Shown here: one piece after another, positions 54,537-62,875 of the stretch
Position numbering within the stretch: position 1 is the first letter of the stretch
How the letters are laid out: each line of letters begins with the position of its first letter
From: Vicinamibacterales bacterium
Lineage (GTDB): Bacteria; Acidobacteriota; Vicinamibacteria; Vicinamibacterales; UBA2999
Length of the DNA stretch: 64,000 bases
Reading direction: 5' to 3'
Assembly (NCBI GenBank): GCA_035649395.1
Contig: DASRJR010000174.1
Location: 9,353-73,352 of the forward strand
Program-made: the position numbers and the translations under genes
The notes under the pieces: model-generated
What the model was told of the DNA's origin: nothing
What the model saw: the letters and a program-made list of their open reading frames with translations, nothing else
The model's database searches: none

Positions 54537-55916
54537 TCACAGTTCAATCGTCTCGCCGTGCTGTGGCGTATACGCATCCCAGCCCAGCGTGTCCTTGATA
54601 CGTCCTTTCAGCGCATCCATCGGTCCGGGCTCGCCATGGACGAGACACAGCCGGCCCGGTGCTGGGGCCGGCATCGATTCGAGCCAGCGCCCGATCTCAC
54701 CACGATCGGCATGAGCCGACATCGAATCGATCTTGACGATGCGCGCATGGACGGCGATGTCGTGGCCATGAATCCTGATCGACTTGGCCCCCTCGACCAG
54801 TGCGCGGCCGCGTGTGCCCTCGGACTGATAGCCGACAAAGAGCACCGTGTTCTTCTCATCGGGCAGCGCCGCGGCGAGGTGATGCAGGACCCGGCCGCCG
54901 GTCGCCATCCCACTGGACGAAATCACGATCGCGGCTCGCTTGCTGGCGGTCAGCTCTTTCGACTGCTGCGTCGAGGCGATCGTCTGAAAGCGCATCGTCG
55001 CAAACTGCGACACCTGCTTGTGCTCCGAGCGCATGTCGGGGTCGAGCTCGGCAACGCGCGCCGAGTAGAACTTGAGGCCCTCGGTGGCCATCGGGCTGTC
55101 CACGTACACCGGCAGCGCAGGGATGCGACGGTCCTGCTCGAGGCGGCGCATCCAGTACAGCAGTTCTTCGACGCGCCCGATCGCGAACGAGGGAACGATC
55201 AATTTGCCGCCGCGCCTGAGGGTGTCACGAATCACGTCGACGAGCGCCTGGTCCGTGCCGTCAGCCGGATGATCGCGATCGCCGTACGTCGACTCGACCA
55301 GCACCACATCGGCGCGCGGCGGCGACGTCGGGTCGGGCAGCACCGGGCGATCGTAGCGACCGAGATCGCCCCCGAAAAGAATCGTGCGGCCGTCACTCAG
55401 CCCCACCAACACGAACGCCGACCCGAGCAGATGACCCGCCGGAAACATCTCGATCGAGATGCCAGGGGCGATCTCGATCGGTCGATGGTAGCCAATCGGC
55501 TGTAAGCGCGTGAGCGCCGCGAACGCGTCGCTCTCCGTGTACAGCGGCAGCGCCGGCTCGTGCTTCGTGTAGCCGTGCCGGTTCGCCTGCCGCGCATCTT
55601 CCTCTTGAATGCGCCCCGCATCTGGCAGGACGAGCTGACAGAGATCTTTGGTGCCCGCGGTGCAGAACACGCGGCCCTTGTAGCCGTTCGCCGTGAGTCG
55701 AGGAAGATAGCCGACGTGATCCAGATGCGCATGGGTCAGCACGACGGCATCGATGGAGCCGACGTCGACGGGAAACTCGGCCCAGTTCCGCAGCCGAAGC
55801 TCTTTCAAGCCCTGGAACAGGCCGCAATCGAAGAGCACTCGAGTCCCGCCGTGCTCGAGCAGATACTTAGACCCCGTGACCGTCCGGGCGGCCCCGAGAA
55901 ACGTGAGTTGCGACAC
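54537..55916 (-). CDS. MBL-fold beta-CASP family hydrolase (RNA-metabolising type)
   Basis: LTFLGAARTVTGSKYLLE, VLTHAHLDHVGYLP (HxHxDH), a beta-CASP middle region, and the C-terminal histidine motif SAHAD. GTG start. Confidence 0.85.
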   Translation of the reverse strand: MSQLTFLGAARTVTGSKYLLEHGGTRVLFDCGLFQGLKELRLRNWAEFPVDVGSIDAVVLTHAHLDHVGYLPRLTANGYKGRVFCTAGTKDLCQLVLPDAGRIQEEDARQANRHGYTKHEPALPLYTESDAFAALTRLQPIGYHRPIEIAPGISIEMFPAGHLLGSAFVLVGLSDGRTILFGGDLGRYDRPVLPDPTSPPRADVVLVESTYGDRDHPADGTDQALVDVIRDTLRRGGKLIVPSFAIGRVEELLYWMRRLEQDRRIPALPVYVDSPMATEGLKFYSARVAELDPDMRSEHKQVSQFATMRFQTIASTQQSKELTASKRAAIVISSSGMATGGRVLHHLAAALPDEKNTVLFVGYQSEGTRGRALVEGAKSIRIHGHDIAVHARIVKIDSMSAHADRGEIGRWLESMPAPAPGRLCLVHGEPGPMDALKGRIKDTLGWDAYTPQHGETIEL

Positions 55917-55949
55917 GCGAAAGACGACGATATCAGTACTTCGCGTGCA

Positions 55950-56037
55950 GTTCAGCGTTCACGGTTCAGCGTTCACGGTTCAGAGAGTTCACGGTTCACT
56001 GTTCTGGGTTCATGGTTCGTGGTTCTGCAGTTCGCAG
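55950..56037. repeat. degenerate tandem array of a GTTCA-heptamer (14-nt double unit GTTCAGCGTTCACG)
   Basis: GTTCAGCGTTCACG x2 exact (55950-55977). Decayed units follow: GTTCAGAGAGTTCACG, GTTCACTGTTCTGG, GTTCATGGTTCGTG, GTTCTGCAGTTCGCAG. An inverted copy TGAACGCTGAAC lies at 56076-56087. The array sits in the 206-nt divergent region between the MBL hydrolase and MTHFR-like genes. Confidence 0.85.
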
Positions 56038-56122
56038 TAAGGGATTCACGATGGGGTCACGATGAACCCCTCACCTGAACGCTGAACGACAGCGCGCAGA
56101 TGCTACGCTTGCGCGACCCCAG

Positions 56123-56959
56123 ATGTTTGTCGATGTGCTGCGCGGCCAGGCCGCGACGATCGCCGCGGAACTGCGGCCCCCACGCGCGGAATTGGACGCC
56201 ACCAAAGGCATCGACGCCTGGATCGACACCTACCATGGCATTCGGCGGCTGGCGCGGCAGGGCGTTCCGGTGTTCCTCACCGATAGCGCGGTCGGCACCC
56301 AGGAAGAAAACAACCTCCGTCATCTGATCGCAAACCTGGGCCGCGATCTGCCGCGTGATCTGGTGGCGCCGTTCCTCACGAGCAAACATTCGCTCGAGTT
56401 CTGCGTCTCCTACGCCGAGCAGGCGTGGCAGCATGGCTTCTCCTCGTTGGTCGTCCTCGGCGGCGACAAGACAGTCGGACGGCCCCGATGTGTCGAGCAC
56501 GCGTGGACGTTGCGGCAGCACATTCGGGCGCGTGAGCCGCGGCTGACGCTCGGCGGCTGGGCCAACCCGCACGCCGATCCCGTACAACAGGTGGACTTCC
56601 TCACCGACGAGCGCTTCTGTGCGGAGTTCTTCCTGACTCAGGTGGTCAGCCACGTCGACCTTGATCCGCTCAGACGGTTTCTCGACGAGATCCACCGACG
56701 CGGCGTCGCCATACCCGGCATGTTCAATGTGTTCTACTACCGCAGCGCGAGTCCCAGGACGCTGACGACACTGAGCGCGTTCATGCCGGTGCCGGTGCAC
56801 GCGTTGTCCGCAGAGTTCGCGACCGGAGCGCCGCCCGAGGAGATTTGCGCGCGGACGGTTCGCGCCCTCCGCACACTCGGCGTGGGTCACATCTGTATCT
56901 GCAACCTGCCGATGGAAGACGCCTCGGCGACGCTCGACGCGATACGTGCCAGGCTCTAG
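56123..56959 (+). CDS. methylenetetrahydrofolate reductase-like protein
   Basis: 278-aa ORF with MTHFR-family-like landmarks (AAELRPPR, SSLVVLGGDK, LGGWANPH, FFLTQVV). The assignment is by eye only. Confidence 0.55.
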   Translation: MFVDVLRGQAATIAAELRPPRAELDATKGIDAWIDTYHGIRRLARQGVPVFLTDSAVGTQEENNLRHLIANLGRDLPRDLVAPFLTSKHSLEFCVSYAEQAWQHGFSSLVVLGGDKTVGRPRCVEHAWTLRQHIRAREPRLTLGGWANPHADPVQQVDFLTDERFCAEFFLTQVVSHVDLDPLRRFLDEIHRRGVAIPGMFNVFYYRSASPRTLTTLSAFMPVPVHALSAEFATGAPPEEICARTVRALRTLGVGHICICNLPMEDASATLDAIRARL

Positions 56960-57696
56960 CGGAGGTGCCGGCCTCCGTCGACCCGAATCGTTTCTCCCGT
57001 GATGAAGTCGGTCTCAATCAAGGCGAGTACCGTCTTGGCGATCTCCCCTTCACCGCCCCAGTGGCCAAGCGGTGTGGCGCGTTCGACGGCGGCAAACTCC
57101 TCGTCTGAGACGTCTTCAGGAGCCACGATTGGCCCGGGTGCGATCGCGTTGACGAGAATCTGATCCCGCGCCAGCTCCAGCGCGAGCCCTTCAGTAAGCG
57201 CGACGATGCCTGCTTTCGCGACGTAGTACGTGAGATAGCCCGAGTAACGGGGGCGACCGCTGTTGGCGACCCAGTCCGAGAAGTTGATGATTCTGCCGCC
57301 CCGCAAGCGGCGCATGTGGGGGGCCGCCGCCCGCGCGCACAACCACGCCGATCGCAGATCGACGTGCATCTGCGAGTCCCAATCCTCGAGCGTTAGCTCG
57401 TCGAACGGCTTCGACCGATACTGCGACGCCATGTTGACGAGCACGTCCAGCCGGCCCAGCGCGTCCACGGTCGCATCAACGATCCGGTCGCAGGCGTCGG
57501 GGTCGCGCAGGTCGGCTTGAATGGCGGTGGCACGCCGCCCCAGCGCCCGCACCGCCGCGCTGGTCTCCTCGGCTTCGGCACGCGACCGGTGATAGACGAG
57601 CGCAATGTCGGCTCCCGCGCGCGCGAGCTCGGTGGCTACCACGGCGCCGATTCGCTTGCCACCGGTGATCAGAACGACTCTGCCGCTCGGATCCAT
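56956..57696 (-). CDS. SDR family oxidoreductase
   Basis: VVLITGGKRIGAVVA (TGxxxGxG), NMAS, and the YxxxK motif (YYVAKAGIVALTE). Its stop overlaps the convergent gene's stop within CTAG. Confidence 0.9.
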   Translation of the reverse strand: MDPSGRVVLITGGKRIGAVVATELARAGADIALVYHRSRAEAEETSAAVRALGRRATAIQADLRDPDACDRIVDATVDALGRLDVLVNMASQYRSKPFDELTLEDWDSQMHVDLRSAWLCARAAAPHMRRLRGGRIINFSDWVANSGRPRYSGYLTYYVAKAGIVALTEGLALELARDQILVNAIAPGPIVAPEDVSDEEFAAVERATPLGHWGGEGEIAKTVLALIETDFITGETIRVDGGRHLR

Positions 57697-57947
57697 GGGG
57701 CCTCATAGTAGCCGCTCCTCGAAAGCGGCTTTCCACGCCCGTAAGCGTTTCGGCCCCTGATTGCCCTTAAGTCGTTGAGCGCCAACGACCGACGGGTGGT
57801 CCGGTTCCTGCTCGTCGACTAGGTTCGTGGTCCGCCGACATCCGTCGGTTGGCCTCGGATCGTGTGCGTCGCGTCCCCGCCGCGGCGCACACGTTTTCCT
57901 CCCTGCCAGCCCTTCCAGCCCGCCACTTCACCCCGTAGGATTCGTGT

Positions 57948-58595
57948 ATGCCCCGCCAGCTCGCGGCTCTGGTCTGTGTCGTGTGTGTTTGCAGCTCGGT
58001 GAATGCTGTTCAGCTGACACTCGACAACAAGGCCTTGTTCGATGCCATTGGCATCGGCCAGTCACGCTTCGAGCGCGAACGCGTGGCGTTTCACCAGCCG
58101 TATCGGCTACGGGTGGCGCGACCCCCGGTGGATTGGATCGACGTGATCACGCCATTCCATCGCGTGGTGCTCGCGGCGGAAGCCCGAGCCCGCATCGGCG
58201 ACCGTGTCTTCGGACAACGTGAAGCGCTCGCCGTGCTGAGCGAGACACCCGGTCAGATCGATCTCGTCGTCGAGCTCACCTTTCACCCGCAGAACACGTT
58301 CGTCGGAATCCCGCCGTACGACATCGCGCTGATTGGGCCGAAGGGGACCAAAGTGCAGCCGCTGCGTACCGATCGCTATCCCCGGTTCCAGGCGCGCGTC
58401 GCGTCGCCGACTCCGGAGCTGCCGAGTCCGGGAGGTGCACCGTTCGTCGGAAAAGGCGATCCCGTGCTTGGTGGAACGCTCGTCACGCCGTTCAGGGGAG
58501 CGGCGCTGGATCCGATGGCGCTGTATACGGTGGTGGTGTCCGAGGCGGGAAAGGAGTTGGCGCGGGTGCCGATGGACTTGGCGAAACTGAGGTAG
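57948..58595 (+). CDS. secreted hypothetical protein
   Basis: 215-aa ORF with signal peptide MPRQLAALVCVVCVCSSVNA. No family recognised. Confidence 0.5.
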   Translation: MPRQLAALVCVVCVCSSVNAVQLTLDNKALFDAIGIGQSRFERERVAFHQPYRLRVARPPVDWIDVITPFHRVVLAAEARARIGDRVFGQREALAVLSETPGQIDLVVELTFHPQNTFVGIPPYDIALIGPKGTKVQPLRTDRYPRFQARVASPTPELPSPGGAPFVGKGDPVLGGTLVTPFRGAALDPMALYTVVVSEAGKELARVPMDLAKLR

Positions 58596-58618
58596 GGGCG
58601 GACAGCGAGCGTCCGCCC
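58596..58618. terminator. 8-bp-stem hairpin between convergent genes
   Basis: GGGCGGAC-AGCGAGC-GTCCGCCC, immediately after the stop at 58593-58595 and 20 nt beyond the OmpA-family gene stop. Confidence 0.7.
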
Positions 58619-58637
58619 TTCCCCATGCGCGTGTAGC

Positions 58638-59315
58638 TTACGAGAGAACCTTGACGACGACGCGGCGGTTCTGGGCGCGACCGTCACGCTTGTTGTTCGG
58701 CGCAACCGGCTTCTCTTCGCCGTAGGAGATCACGTTGATCTTGTGGAGCGGAATCTGGTGCTGCTCGTACAGGTACCGCTTCACCGCTTCGGCGCGCTCC
58801 ATCCCGATACGCTCGTTGGTTTCGGGCGAGCCGACGTTGTCCGTGTGGCCCTCGATCTCGAAGAACACGTTCTTCGGGTCAGACTTGATCTGGCGGATCA
58901 CTTCGTCGAGCCGCATCTTGGCCGCGTCGGGCAGCTCGGTCTTGCCGAACGCGAAGTTGCCCTGGTCCTCGCTCAGGGTCACTTCGAACACCAGCTTGCG
59001 CGAGGCCGCTTCAACGGTGTTGATGCGGTTGCCGAGACGGCTGTCGACTTCCTTGGCGGCGCCAGCGGCTGCGTCTGCAGCGGCTCGCGCTTCGGTTGCC
59101 GAGCGACCGGCGGATTCGGCTTTCTGGTCGACCTGACCGATGCGCTCCTCGTTCTTCCGAGTGCGCTCCTGCGTTTCCTCAACCGTGCCGGTCAACGTGT
59201 CGACTTTCGAGTTGACGTTGCCGACCTCGGTCCGCACGAATTTCTTGGTGGCGCAGGCCGGTGCCACGGCCACCGTGAGGGCGAGCATTGACGCTGCAAA
59301 AAGGCTCTTCCGCAT
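58638..59315 (-). CDS. OmpA-family lipoprotein with coiled-coil spacer
   Basis: MRKSLFAASMLALTVAVAPAC lipobox (start moved to ATG 59313-59315 after a purine-rich (GA-repeat) RBS-like stretch). Ala/Glu-rich helical spacer. OmpA_C domain (FAFGKTELPDAAKMRLDEVI, IEGHTDNVGSPETNERIGMERAEAVKRYL, NRRVVVKV). Confidence 0.85.
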   Translation of the reverse strand: MRKSLFAASMLALTVAVAPACATKKFVRTEVGNVNSKVDTLTGTVEETQERTRKNEERIGQVDQKAESAGRSATEARAAADAAAGAAKEVDSRLGNRINTVEAASRKLVFEVTLSEDQGNFAFGKTELPDAAKMRLDEVIRQIKSDPKNVFFEIEGHTDNVGSPETNERIGMERAEAVKRYLYEQHQIPLHKINVISYGEEKPVAPNNKRDGRAQNRRVVVKVLS

Positions 59316-59344
59316 GATTTTCTCTCTCTCCTGTGACGACGTGA

Positions 59345-60346
59345 CTAACTTCCACTGCGCGATGGGCCGGCGATGTACCCGCCGCGCGCATGAACAACCA
59401 AGTCCTTCTTCCGAGCACGAACTTCGATGGGGTGCCATCCTGGGCGTGCCCCGGGTTCGATAGTGATGACGTACTGGTACCGCAACTCCTCAAACAGATC
59501 CTGAATCGCCATCGACGTATGCGCCGGGACGCTGGTGGTGCGCATGTCGCCACCTGTCCACCGCGCGAGATCCGCAAGCGTCGCGGCCCGCACGGTACGC
59601 CCGTCGGTTTCGATCACTTCGAGCTCACCGCCCGGATGATCGAGAGGGTTCACGACCCTGAGGAGGTAGACCGGCACGTCGATCGAGCTGGCGATGCCAG
59701 ACACCTGCGGCGCCGTCAACTTACTGCCGGTGTCGACGCCGTCCGTGATCACGAAGAGCGCGCGGTGGCGATTCGACCGCCCGGCCACTGCCCGAGCTGA
59801 TTCCGCCACGGCGTCGTACAGCGAAGTCTTGCCCCACGGTTTGCCCTTGAGGCTCACCCGGTGAATGTGAGTGACGTCGGATGTGAACGACACCACTTCG
59901 CGCAACTCCGAATCGAACGTAAACAATGCCGCCTCGTCGCGGCCATCGCGCAAACTCATCGTGGCCACCGAGACGGCCTCGCGCGCCCGATCCATATTTC
60001 CGCCGACTGCCATGCTGCCGCTGATGTCGAGCAGCAGGGCCAGACTGATCGGAGAGTCACCGACGTAAAAGTCCTTCATCTCGCGGCGGACACCTGAATC
60101 GAACACCTCGAAATCGGTCTTCTTGAGGCCCCGAACGACACGTCCCGACTCATCTCGGACCGCCACGGAGATGCTGACGGCCTCGACGCCGGACTTGAAG
60201 ATCGCCTGGCTACCCTGCGGGCTCGGGGGTTGGCTCGGAGCGGGTGGGGCACTCTGGGCGGCCACGATCGCGCCCGTTATTGCCAGTGCCAGGCCCACGA
60301 TGGTGGGGGTGACCATCTTGTGCATGTGCATGAGGTCCTTAATCAA
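59345..60346 (-). CDS. VWA domain protein of the VWFA-related acidobacterial domain type (second copy)
   Basis: IFKSGVEAVSISVAVRDESGRVVRGLKKTDFEVFDSGVRREMKDF, DISGSM, YVITIEPGARPGWHPIEVRA. The track start is TTG; the real start is probably one of the ATGs a few codons in. Confidence 0.8.
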   Translation of the reverse strand: MIKDLMHMHKMVTPTIVGLALAITGAIVAAQSAPPAPSQPPSPQGSQAIFKSGVEAVSISVAVRDESGRVVRGLKKTDFEVFDSGVRREMKDFYVGDSPISLALLLDISGSMAVGGNMDRAREAVSVATMSLRDGRDEAALFTFDSELREVVSFTSDVTHIHRVSLKGKPWGKTSLYDAVAESARAVAGRSNRHRALFVITDGVDTGSKLTAPQVSGIASSIDVPVYLLRVVNPLDHPGGELEVIETDGRTVRAATLADLARWTGGDMRTTSVPAHTSMAIQDLFEELRYQYVITIEPGARPGWHPIEVRARKKDLVVHARGGYIAGPSRSGS

Positions 60347-60607
60347 TGCGCTTGCCAGCGAGGTGATCTCGACGGCTCAACAAGTTACGGAAACTGATCC
60401 CCTCGTATGGAAGGTAATTTCTATTCCCGCGTGTAGTTATTGCATGGCCAAACGATGCGGCGAGCAGCCTCCGGCTGGGCCCTCCTGCACGGGGGTGCAC
60501 ACACAACCGAATGAACCAGCGCATGTGAGGTGAGTCCACAGTGTCTCGCTCACCGCGTTGTCCGCGCAACAATGTCGTGTTTTCAACCAAACCCCTTAAG
60601 ATGGGCC

Positions 60608-61825
60608 ATGCCCACCAAGAGCTCACGACCGGTGCGCGTCGCCGGGCGCGTCAACCGGTTTTCCTACGCCATCCGCAACATTGTTGCGGCGGCCAAGGAG
60701 GTCGAGGCGCGTGGGCAGCGGGTGCGGTACCTCAACATCGGGGATCCGGTCGCCTTCGGATTCAAGACCCCTGAGCACCTGGTCGATGCCGCTGTCCGCG
60801 CCATGCGGGACGGGCACAACGGCTATGTTCCGTCTGCCGGCATCGCGGAAGCGCGCGCGGCGGTCGCAACGGAGTACAGCTCGCGGGGGGTGCCCGTCTC
60901 GCCGGAGCGCGTCCTCATTACGACCGGGACGTCGGAGGGCATCGAGCTGGCGCTGAATGCGCTCGTCGACGAAGGCGATGCCGTGCTCGTGCCTTCGCCG
61001 ACATATCCGCTCTACACAGCGGTACTCGCCAAGATCGGGGCGCAGCCGCGCTACTACCGGACCGACCCTCATCGCGACTGGCTCCCGGACCTCGATCATC
61101 TACGCAGCCTCATCACGCCGACCACGCGCGTGATGGTGATGATCGATCCGAACAACCCGACCGGCGCCGTGTATCCCGCCTCGATTCGACGTGCGCTGCT
61201 CGAGATCGCCGACCAGTACGATCTGACGATTCTGGCGGACGAGGTCTACAGCGATCTGGGCTTCGACGGTCCGGTGCCGCTGCTCGGGTCGCTCGATCTC
61301 GATGCGCCGATCATCTCGTTCTCCAGCCTGTCGAAGGCCTACCTCGCACCGGGGTGGCGGGCCGGATGGCTCGTCGTCGGGCGGTCGCCGCGACTCGATG
61401 GCACGTTGGCCGCGATCAAGAAGCTCGCCGACGGGCGCCTGTGCAGCCCCGGCCCGATGCAGTACGGCGTCGCAGCGGCGCTCACCGGCGACCGCTCGCA
61501 TCAAGTCGCCTTCCGCGCCGCACTCGCCGAGCGAGGACGCGTCACGACCGAGAGCCTCAACGCGATTCCCGGAATGCGCTGCGTGGCACCGCGCGCCGCC
61601 TTCTACGTCCTGCCGTCGGTGACGCTGCCACCCGGACGCACCGACGAAGACTTCGTGCTGGCGCTGCTCCGCGAGACCGGCATTCTGTGCGTCAACGGAT
61701 CCGGGTTCGGCGTCGAGCCGACGGCCGGCTTCTTCCGCATCGTGTGCCTCGCGCCGCCGTCCGAGCTGGCCGCGATCTACCGCGATCTCGCGGCGTTCAC
61801 GCGCGACTACCTCGCTCGCGCGTAG
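60608..61825 (+). CDS. PLP-dependent aminotransferase (alanine/aspartate aminotransferase family)
   Basis: LNIGDPVAFGF, GYVPSAGIAEAR, IDPNNPTGAVY, ADEVYSD, FSSLSKAYLAPGWRAGW. Start set at ATG 60608. Confidence 0.9.
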   Translation: MPTKSSRPVRVAGRVNRFSYAIRNIVAAAKEVEARGQRVRYLNIGDPVAFGFKTPEHLVDAAVRAMRDGHNGYVPSAGIAEARAAVATEYSSRGVPVSPERVLITTGTSEGIELALNALVDEGDAVLVPSPTYPLYTAVLAKIGAQPRYYRTDPHRDWLPDLDHLRSLITPTTRVMVMIDPNNPTGAVYPASIRRALLEIADQYDLTILADEVYSDLGFDGPVPLLGSLDLDAPIISFSSLSKAYLAPGWRAGWLVVGRSPRLDGTLAAIKKLADGRLCSPGPMQYGVAAALTGDRSHQVAFRAALAERGRVTTESLNAIPGMRCVAPRAAFYVLPSVTLPPGRTDEDFVLALLRETGILCVNGSGFGVEPTAGFFRIVCLAPPSELAAIYRDLAAFTRDYLARA

Positions 61826-61840
61826 CGAGCACCAACACGA

Positions 61841-62875
61841 GTGACGATCCGTTCAGATGATCCGCGAGCGCTGATTCGCTACGGCCTGATTGCCACCGTC
61901 TTCACGGCGGCGATTGCGTGGACGCTCTATCAGGTCCGCGACACCCTGCTCCTCGTCTACGTGGCGACGCTCGTCGCCATCGGGTTGTCACCGCTTGTCG
62001 ACACCATCGAACGGCATCACGTCGCAGCGCGGCTTCGCCTGCCGCGGTGGGGCGCGATCCTCGCGATTTACCTGCTGCTGGCCGCAGCGCTGGTGTCGAT
62101 CGGCGCGCTCGTGTTCCCGCCGCTCGTGACGCAGGCACGAGAGCTGTGGGCGGCCGCGCCGGGGCTGCTCCACCGCGCACAACTCTGGCTGATTCAGCGC
62201 GGTTTGCTGAGCCGCGAGATCACGGTCATGGAGGCGGTGCAACAGGCGCCTGGCGGCACCGATGCCGTGACCACCGTGCTCGGCGCCGTCTGGGGCATCG
62301 TCGGCGGCGTGTTCGGAGTGGTCACGATTCTGATCGTCGCGTTCTACATGCTGGTCGACAGCGCCAACATCGTGCGGACGTTCGTGCTCGCGTTTCCAAA
62401 GAGCGAGCGATCGCGCGTCTCGGCGGCGTGCGGGGATGTGTCGAGAAAGGTCAGTGCGTGGCTGGCGGGCCAACTGTTCCTCGCCATCATCATCGGGTCG
62501 ACCGCCGCGATCGGTCTCGGTCTGATGGGCGTGCCGTACTTCTATGTCCTCGCGCTCATCGCGGGCATCGGTGAACTGATTCCCATCGTCGGGCCACTCC
62601 TCTCGGCTATTCCGGCGATCGCGGTCGCATTCTCCGTGTCGCCGGCGCTGGCGCTCGGCGTCCTCCTATTCTTCATCGCGCAGCAACAATTCGAGAATCA
62701 CCTTCTGGTACCGCGCGTGATGTCGCGCCAGGTCGGCGTCAGTCCGGTGATCGTCATCATCGCTCTGCTCACTGGAGGCTCGCTTCTCGGCGTCATCGGC
62801 GCGATCCTCGCCGTGCCCACCGCCGCGATCCTTCACGTCATCTACCAGAAGGTCACCGACTCGTTGGTCGATTGA
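61841..62875 (+). CDS. AI-2E family transporter (PerM-like permease)
   Basis: 344 aa with about 8 TM helices and a typical C-terminal part (IGELIPIVGPLLSAIPAIAVA, ENHLLVPRVMSRQVGVSPV). Confidence 0.85.
   Translation: MTIRSDDPRALIRYGLIATVFTAAIAWTLYQVRDTLLLVYVATLVAIGLSPLVDTIERHHVAARLRLPRWGAILAIYLLLAAALVSIGALVFPPLVTQARELWAAAPGLLHRAQLWLIQRGLLSREITVMEAVQQAPGGTDAVTTVLGAVWGIVGGVFGVVTILIVAFYMLVDSANIVRTFVLAFPKSERSRVSAACGDVSRKVSAWLAGQLFLAIIIGSTAAIGLGLMGVPYFYVLALIAGIGELIPIVGPLLSAIPAIAVAFSVSPALALGVLLFFIAQQQFENHLLVPRVMSRQVGVSPVIVIIALLTGGSLLGVIGAILAVPTAAILHVIYQKVTDSLVD

Noticed and set aside
55950-56037. CRISPR array
   Set aside because: The units are 7/14 nt and directly abutting, with no unique spacers. 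No cas genes are in the window.
55560-56078. Plus-strand ORFs (55560-56078, 55753-56040) reading through the heptamer array, giving repetitive peptides such as SVHGS/FTVQRVHGS
   Set aside because: They are antisense to the 5' end of the beta-CASP hydrolase gene, and their repetitive tails are simply the translated DNA repeat. There is no start context and no family.
56956-56959. Convergent stop codons sharing the palindrome CTAG (MTHFR-like gene and SDR gene overlap by 4 nt)
   Set aside because: It is real but trivial. Such overlaps are common in compact genomes and need no special explanation.
60347-60375. Minus-strand TGGCAAGCGCATTGA upstream of the second VWA gene as a sigma54 promoter
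   Set aside because: The invariant -12 GC is GA here, and the element abuts the start codons, leaving no leader.
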